DNA of 64,000 nucleotides from the human T2T-CHM13v2.0 reference genome, Homo sapiens: the NCBI RefSeq assembly GCF_009914755.1, contig NC_060928.1; one strand, written 5' to 3'. Positions 55,900-64,000 of this stretch are shown piece after piece. The translations under genes and the position numbers were made by a program. The notes below the pieces were generated by a model. The model was not told the DNA's origin and searched no databases. It saw only the letters and a list, made by a program, of their open reading frames with translations. Positions within the stretch are counted from its first letter, which is position 1. Each line of letters starts with the position of its first letter.

Positions 55900-57650
55900 C
55901 TGAATTAATTTATATAATCCTTTTCTGTCTTCTATTTTGTCTATTAAGATTTTTATTAGTATTTACCTCTTCTTTTTTATTTTAGTATGCATTTTCCAAT
56001 TCTTAATATAATTCATAAATTCTTCTTTGTACTTTTTCCTTTTATAATAAAAATATTCAAGAGTAAATGCTTCTTTTAAGGTAAAGATTTCACCGATGCA
56101 TTGGTTTTTATATAAAGGCTACTTTAGATGTGAAAATTTAAGTTCCATTTAGGTTAAATATGTAGGACATCGTTTATTCATATGTATTTAAATAATATCA
56201 GAGATTGTATACAGATGCATAATTAGCTTTTATTTTGTTTTATGGATGTGTAAATATATTCTCAATTTGAAGAATTAATCTATTAAAATAATTCACTGGT
56301 TATAGTCCTTAAATTCTTCATTATCTTACTTATTTAACTCGATCATATAATTTTGAAAAATACCTATTGAGATTTCCCAGTATAATTTTGTCAATGTATA
56401 TTCACACTTTGAATAGTTTTTTTATAGAGTTATTGTTATTTGACACATAAAGGGTTTTGACTTAATCTCTTTCCTAAATTGTGAATTTTAACACTATATA
56501 CTACCCTTCTTAGCACTCTAAATAATGAAAACGTTAAGGTTAAAAAATTTCCCTTGGCTATAACTTTCATGGTGACCCATTTGCATTGATCCAGAGGTTA
56601 ATTTTAGAGTGTTATTTTGCTTAATGGTTTTAATATTAAATCCCACTGTGACTGATAATATTTCCAATCTTGATTTGTTTTCTTCTTGAACTGAAGAACA
56701 TAACTTAGAATTTTCATGCTTTATTTTAGTGTTCTTTCTTTCTTGTAATAGGGCTTCTTTCTGGTAATAGAATAACCGTTTCCATTTAGCATAACAGTAC
56801 TAGACATTTTCATCATATTTTTGTTTACTGTTTATTGTAGTTTTTTCTTTTAATTTTCCATGACTTCCTTGTTTTTCAGGTATAGAGTTGTCCTTTTTTA
56901 ATTTGAAATTTCTCAAGAATTCTTTCATTATATTAGAGGTAACTTCTTTTTCATAGTACTTACAAATGAACATATATTTCTCTATTATCATATAAAATTC
57001 TCTAACCCCCACTTTTTCTCTTTCTATCCCTCTTAATAAGATAGGACGTGCCAGATGCTTCTATTCCCCTGCTCCCTGTCTCCTCCAGTGAGACTTTTAA
57101 GACACTTTTGCTATGACTTCTATAATCTCAAAGCCACTTAAGCTCCTACATCTTAGATGGCTTTTACTTTTACTTCATGCAATTATTACATTTTTAACCT
57201 AGAGTATATTTCTTCATAAATCTCTATGTAATATTTAAGCTATACATCGTCATTTATTCTATATATCCATAAACAACTCAAAGTTTAATAATTTACCACT
57301 CTTCACTATCTTCTCATTTTCCCGTATAGGTTGGGATTTACTGCTTTGTTTATAATTATTCCTGGAATATTTTTCTTACATTTGGCATATGAGTGATATA
57401 TTTCAAATCCTTGTATTTCCAAAAGCATCTTTTTTCCTCCCTGATAACAATGATATTTGACTTGAAGCTCTACTTGCAACCTAGAGTCCTTACCTCTTCT
57501 TAGTCTGTAGACATTATATTGTTCTAACATTTTCTTTTTACTCGGTGTGAATAAGCCATGGTTAGTTTGATTTGTAGGCCTTTTTAGTAGCTTAGTCTTT
57601 TTTCTTTTTTTTTTTTTCAAATTTTCCAATACTTCTTTGTAAAATTAAGT
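55900..57650 (-). mobile_element. Very old L1ME/HAL1-like sequence
   Basis: T-rich decayed sequence with reverse ORF1-like motifs near 57400-57580. Confidence 0.35.
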
Positions 57651-59339
57651 TCATAAATACTATTAAGAATTAGAAATAAAAGAGGGATAGAGAAAGTGTG
57701 TGTGTGTATTGAGCTTGAAATTCCTTCTGAGGCCTCTTTGTGTTGTTATTGCAGTGGTGTTCAAATAGTGTCTATTCTTACTATTTTTCATTAGATTCTG
57801 TCAGCTCTGTGTATTTCACTTGCTTTTCCTGTCCAGGTTATGTGCATTTAGGTCTGTCAGTCTTCTTGAACTCCTCACTTTTCTCTAGTTCTGCTACTGG
57901 GATTTATTGAGTGGCTGAAATCCTGTGAGGGGCAGGGGGCACAGTAGTTTCTGTTCTTTTTGATCAGTGATCCTCTAGCTATCAGTTTACCGTTCTCCAT
58001 TTAGGCACTGGGTTGAAGTTCCCTGCTCTTTATCTGTGTGCTTTGGTGCTTCTCTCACCTAGAGGAACCAGCGAGTCCTCCAGGGAACACCTGCCTTTTT
58101 CTTTAAGAAAGAAAAAGGGAGGTTAGGGGCACAGCAGAGTTCTCTGCACATTCTTCCATTTTATTTATATTATGGTTCAATTTGAAAAAGATGTGATTTA
58201 TACACAACTTTTTAGGCATCTATTGAGTAAAATGAAATATATCTGTAATCTTCTTAGTACATTATATTTATCAATATATCATACTTTTATTACTTGGTGG
58301 AAACACTATTAAGTAAGAAGTTCATTCTCATTTCATGTTCTTAAATATTTACAAGATGCACTGCTTCCTATGCCAATCTATGATTAAATGTAAAAGGGAA
58401 TTCCTAGCACAAGTAATTTAATAAAATTTATACCTATGGACAAAGGAAATTGAAAAATATCAAACGGATTACTAAAAGTCTCATTTCTTAGGCTAGAATT
58501 GGAGAATTAAAATAAGACCTAAGCTTTAGTCTTTCTATGTTGTAAAGACTTGTATTATGTAAAGTATTCTTGCTTTTTAACTATACAGTGAAAAATGTAG
58601 TTACTACATAATGCCACCAAATACATTGCTGGACAAACACTTGAAAAGATCTAATTTAATGGCAATATTTTTTGTAGATTGCATTTAACAATCTTATTTT
58701 ATGTCTATGTTTGGTTGGAATAATTCTTAGGTTTCCTTTCTCAGTTTTTTTAAGCATAAGGTCCTATTTGCAAATAAAAGACATTATATAAATGTCAGAT
58801 TAACATTCATTCAAAATATAACATTTTGAAAAACATTGTTAGTGGAGCTATGGAAACTACTATTGGTAATCTTTGGTGGAAAATCATATTTTGAATAAGA
58901 ATTACTTGAACTAATAATCTATTAAATAGAATCATTCTCATGAGGGATTTTATAGGTACTTTTGCAGTTTCTTAAGTAAATTCCAAAGTACTATTTCTTG
59001 CTTTAAAAAAAACAACAACAAACAGGCTTTCTTTGTTAGGTATCTTTATAGTTGATGGCCTGTCAGGTTCAGGCATTAAAACCATTTTTTAAAAAATTAT
59101 TTTCATGAGTTATGTTGACTATTTCTCAGCTAAGCTCCATTTCACCAAAGATTGACCAATTTTGCACATGGCATAATTTTCCAAATTGCTTCCTATACAT
59201 ATTTAATGGATGACATATCTAACAGAAACAAACCACTCTAGGAATCTAGTAATGGGATAGTGTTGTTAGATACAAAGGAAAATCTCATTTTGAAAAGTTA
59301 GACCTTTTATTTGTTTACCAAACACTCTGTATTGTAGTG

Positions 59340-59495
59340 TCTTAGCAATATTAACACATTTAATACCCATAACTATACTTTGAGGTTATTATTCCAATTT
59401 ACTGAAGAGGAAATTTAGACACAGCTAGGTTAACACATTTATCAGAAAAGTCATACAGGTGGCGGATGGCACCAAAGATCCCATCCTGAGCTTCT
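59340..59495 (-). mobile_element. MIR
   Basis: TTATTATTCCAATTTACTGAAGAGGAAATTTAGACACAG.TAGGTTAA. Confidence 0.7.
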
Positions 59496-59559
59496 TCCTC
59501 TAAGGCCCTATTTTGAGCCTCCAGCAAAGCTGACTTCCTTGTGATGGCTGCCTCCAATT

Positions 59560-59710
59560 TACTGATTGTGGGAGCTAATGCAAACTGCTTAACCTCTCCA
59601 TGCTATGGTTACTCTCCCCAGAAAGTAGAGATGATAATACTTACTCTGTTTTTTTTTTCATAAGATTAAAAGAAATGTTAGATGTAAATCATTTAGCAGG
59701 GTACCTGACT
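59560..59710 (+). mobile_element. MIR
   Basis: GCTTAACCTCTCCATGC...GATGATAATACTTAC...AAGATTAAAAGA..ATGTAAATCATTTAGCA. Confidence 0.65.
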
Positions 59711-61959
59711 TCTATTATTATCTAATAGTTCATTTTGTTAAATTACAAGTTAAAAAGAAGTAAAATCTTTGAAAACGCTGAGTTAGGTTTAATCACAGTA
59801 GAAGTTTTACTGATGTGAGCAAGTATTTTGGAAAAATAGACACAGAGTACATCCTATGACATTTCATTTTCCATTCCATCTTTAATATTAGCTTTCCCCC
59901 AAAAGGCAAGAATAAGTCCTGGAAATTATACTAGACCACTGTACATCTTAATGTTCTTCATGAAATCCATTGTTGGATTTTTCTTTTTTAAATAGAGAGG
60001 TTGATATTGATTTCAATATTTGTAGGAGAAATATATTTAAAAGCTTTTCGGCTATTTGTAACAAACATGATTTCCTACTTGTGTCACTGTACAATATTGG
60101 ATGGGAGGCTATTTAATTGTATATAATCCATTAACCCCTTTGATTCTTTTTGTAGTAACTAAAGCTAGTAGTAAAAAAAAAAATGTAAAATCTGCTTTGA
60201 TCTGCAGTTATTAACTAGAGGATACTCCAAATTTGGATTTAAAGCCATATATTGTGTAAAGCTACTACTCAATGAAAAATCCTCAATTATCTTAAGAGCT
60301 TGTCTTTACCATGCTTTTACATTTACAGTGCTTTCCCCTTCTCCCTTTACAAAATTTCTGCTTCCATAGTGCCGGGATGATTTAAGCAATTATTTATGAT
60401 GGCATTACCTCATACTCATTTTCTTCTCAGCAAAGTTGCATCTATGTCAAGACTAAGTAGTGAGAGCCAATTGAACTTACTCCCCCTTCTTTGCTATAAT
60501 CAATAAAATGCATTCCCTTGAGATCACACTTATTTTTCTCCTTGGATTAGCTGCAGTATTCTTTTACCCTGCAAATAGGAGAAAAAAAAAAAATCAAAAG
60601 CCCCAACGACATTCCAAGATTCTGTTCTTGTCTTACTAAATTTCCTATTGTTGGATTATGGTAAGATTATAGACTAAGTGCAATTAAAGACACAAGCATG
60701 TTTAGAAAAATGGTTGGTCAGTTGATTTTGACAATGGGATATTCAAAACTCAGTATGAATCCTGCCTATATGAAAACACAATATGTAAATGATCTGGAAA
60801 GCATTTCCATTTTGACGTTAAGACCTTTATTATTTACTTTTCAGCTACTTTTGTGAGAAGTTACCAATCACTTCGTTTGTGATGTATTTAGTCAGAGGCC
60901 ACCAGATTAATTTTCTTGGTGACATGAGTACTATGGAAGCAAAAGCTAAAACCCAAATCAATGCTTCTATATGTTTTAAAATTCTCTGGCTTTTGGATAA
61001 TAAAAGTCTGCTAATATAGGCAAAGGATCTTTTTCCATTGTAAAGTTTGTAGAAATTGAAAATGATGCAAGCAATTTAATAACATACTTTAGAGATGTTT
61101 TTTAATACTCCATTTAAAACATTTTAATAGAATCTTGCAGTTGAGAATTAAGATTCAAGTATTAACGTTTATAACAGGGAATGATAGACATGTTAATTCT
61201 GCCCATTATGGCGTTTAGTAAAATTGTTACTACGTGACAAATTCGTATTTTCTAAAAAGAAAGCTAACTTTAAAAAATTTCTGGTTCAGGTTGTCTAGCT
61301 CATATTCTTTTTTTCTAATATAAAATTATAGACTTGGAGGAGGGGTCAGAAAACACTGAAGGGAGAAATAAAACCAAGAATCTAAAAGTTTTATGGGAGT
61401 TCTCTGGGTATATAATATTATTAAGGCAAGCGTAACTACCAGTTGACCTGAATACCTCTAATATGTCCATCCCCCGAGACTGCAGAGTCACGTTCTCAAA
61501 AGGAAAACCGATTAGATGTCAAAGCTCTCTGAAGCACCTGAAGAAACCTTGAAAAAGACTATAAATTAAGTTTAGGGAGGCTATAAAGATAGTGGAAATG
61601 GATAGCCAAAAGTTGCAGTTGGATTAGAGGCTGTAAAGTTGAATAGCTACCTGATGTGCTCCACTTTATAATATATGATGCTTAGAAACCTTTGATATTA
61701 AAATGAAGTTGGATCATTATAAAAATAATTAACTTGGTAACTCAGAAGGGCAAATATTTACTCAAAGCATTTCTATATGGAGGGCAAAGTGAAAATAGAG
61801 TTTGAGATCTGAACACATTCTAAATAGTTACTTTTCTCCCTGTCTACAAGTCGGTAATTTCTAAAGATCACCTTAGTATAACCTACAGATACAGATGTAG
61901 AGATACTATTGAGTCTCTCTAATAAAGACTGTTGGACCTATATGAATAAAATTCATTAA

Positions 61960-62218
61960 AAAATAAAATGTAGAATTTTGTAGATTGCTCTTTAATCCAT
62001 CAAATTTACTGAATAACTGTTTAACTCTGCACTTCATTACGCCTGTCTGGGTACAAAGATGTACAGCTTTATGGATACTCCACAACTCTAAAAAAAATGT
62101 AGAATTTTTTAGGTTGCTTTTTTTAGTTCATCAAATTTACTGGATAATGGTTTAACTCTGCACTTCATTTATGCCTGTCTGGGTAGAGAAGTACAGCTTT
62201 ATCCATACTCCAAAACTC
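61960..62218. repeat. ~129-bp tandem duplication
   Basis: AAAATGTAGAATTTT...TTTAACTCTGCACTTCATT...GCCTGTCTGGGTA...GTACAGCTTTAT..ATACTCCA.AACTC occurs twice. Confidence 0.93.
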
Positions 62219-62649
62219 AGATTGGGTACTTGTCTACATAGAATATCTGATAGTTATACCTGGGTCAATTTATTTTACCCTGACACATTATTAGGGACAT
62301 TGAATGCCCCCACCTTTCCAGATTGTTGACCAAGCGATTAATCATTGCTTGATTAATTTTTATTAGCAATATAAATGAGTAAACGAATCAAGTAAACAAT
62401 GGTTCTATTTTGCCTTCCACATGATTAATCAATTTATAAGATTATTTTTACTTTTGAAAATTTCTTTTTATTTGCTCTCATAATTTCTAGAAGAAAGCAA
62501 ATTATGAGTGTTTACCTTTTCCAAAAGTCTACCAAAAGGGCTTTGGTAATAAGATGATATTTATTCCTGGTAGACATCAAGCATGTAATCATTATTTTAA
62601 GAAGAGCATTGAGAATCCTTTGCCTAGAAGACCTGTTGCATCTATATTT

Positions 62650-62768
62650 ATTTCCTTCTTTTCTTTCTCCCTCTCCTCAACCCGGCTCTTTTCCTTCCCT
62701 CTCCCTTCCTTTCATTACTACTTGCCTTTCTTTTCCTTCCCTTCTTTTCCCTTCCTTTTTTTTTTTTT
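62650..62768. repeat. Polypyrimidine (CT-rich) tract
   Basis: Read directly. Confidence 0.8.
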
Positions 62769-63019
62769 ACATTGCATTCCTCTCCTCACTTTTCATACGG
62801 TTGTACTAATACTCTCCTTACAGTCTGGGCCTCACAGGTAGAAAATCAAATGGATTTGAAGAAACAAATAGATCTGAGCCCATGTTCCTGAGGCACTACG
62901 CTCTATCAAAAATAAACAAATAATAGGATCAGGCATTCAAACTGGTGTTCCCATCACACTTTGTATATTTATATTGCAAGTCTAACCCTTTTCATTCTAA
63001 AAATATACTATCAATATTT

Positions 63020-63170
63020 GCCTATCTTTCCTATTAGAAGGTAGTATCTAGAGTTTTTTCACTTACATTAGTATGTTTATTACTTAGCATGATACCTACT
63101 TGACCAAGCAGATTAATCACTGCTTAATTTTATCAGCAATATGGATGAATAAAAGAATCAATAAATAACC
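63020..63170 (+). mobile_element. L2 3' end
   Basis: CCTATTAGA...TTCAC...ACTTAGCATGATACCT...ATGGATGAATAAAAGAATCAAT. Confidence 0.45.
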
Positions 63171-64000
63171 ATTTTGCCTTCAGACAAAGGAGTCAATGAG
63201 TACATTCAGAAAGGACCAGCCATAGAATTCGTAATTGCTCTTTCCAGGACTCATGGTTAGATAAACATAAATATAGGGCCCTGCAAGCTTGCTGAAATAA
63301 AAAAAGTACATTGAGAAGATTTGCTCCAGGAAACCACTTTGTCTAATTGATGTATTGGTTTCCTTAGGGTCAGCATAAAATTAGTCCTTTAATTTGTTAT
63401 GGACTGTGATGATCAGAAATGTTCACTCTTTGTGGGTCTGTCTTCTGATGTAATTGCTACAGTCTTGAGTTCCTTAAAAAAAAAAAAAATCGATGATCCT
63501 TAAATAAATCTTGAGCAATGTTCAGGTGATTATTTCTGCTCCCACCATCTCTCTTGCCTTTCCTAATACCTTTTCCCTAAATAAAGCCTTTCTCTAACAC
63601 AACTTTTATCCAACTGGCTTTTAAGCAATTGAATTTTAGCTCTAGTGTCAGGGCATGTTCAGCTGCAACTTTGATGCAATAGTCTCCTCAGTGACTAGTA
63701 ATGAAACTGTATAGTAGCATCAGTGAACACTGAATAAAAATTTTATCAGTTTTCTCTCAGTTTACATTGATGGGGGAGCAAAGATAAAATGGTGACGTCA
63801 CTAATGTGAGAATTGCGATGTGTTAAAATTAATTCACAAAAATTTATATGTTTGTTTTCAAATGATATAAATATATTCAGTCTTCCTTAGCTATTTCTCT
63901 TGTCTTCTTTTCCACCTGATATTTTTCTGATACATATTTATTACTTTTCAATAAAAAGTGCTGTAAATCTTCAAGATAAAAGTATTATACACATCTTCCT

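Noticed and set aside
59340-59710. Oppositely oriented MIR pair as an RNA hairpin
   Set aside because: The copies are too diverged to pair stably

Overview
AT-rich, CpG-poor primate non-coding DNA, probably human or another catarrhine given the AluY and L1PA copies. It is either intergenic or a large intron. I can support no protein-coding exon, RNA gene, CpG island or CRISPR-like array; the supplied ORFs are Alu, L1 or Tigger read-throughs, microsatellites or chance AT-rich frames. By eye, roughly half or more of the window is transposon-derived: about 15 Alus, a near-full-length Tigger1 with nested Alu and L1PA, a twin-primed (5'-inverted) L1PA7-like element, and several ancient L1M blocks. 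It also holds an apparently complete MLT1 LTR-int-LTR element with a nested LTR, an MLT2/ERV-L pol-dUTPase remnant, an ERV1 LTR inside MER47A, and MIR, L2 and MER fossils. I did not find a new biological system. The structure that repeat annotation does not explain is a set of local copy events: an inverted duplication wrapped in nested palindromes (50.4-51.3 kb), a 73-bp duplication around a pure A29 tract behind an AluY (41.3-41.5 kb), a 190-bp segment copied 4.4 kb away, and many 13-130 bp tandem duplications. A strong minus-strand bias of L1/LTR elements and two plus-strand non-coding exon candidates suggest an intron of a plus-strand transcript. Subfamily names come from recalled consensus sequences, not a search, and boundaries of old elements are approximate.
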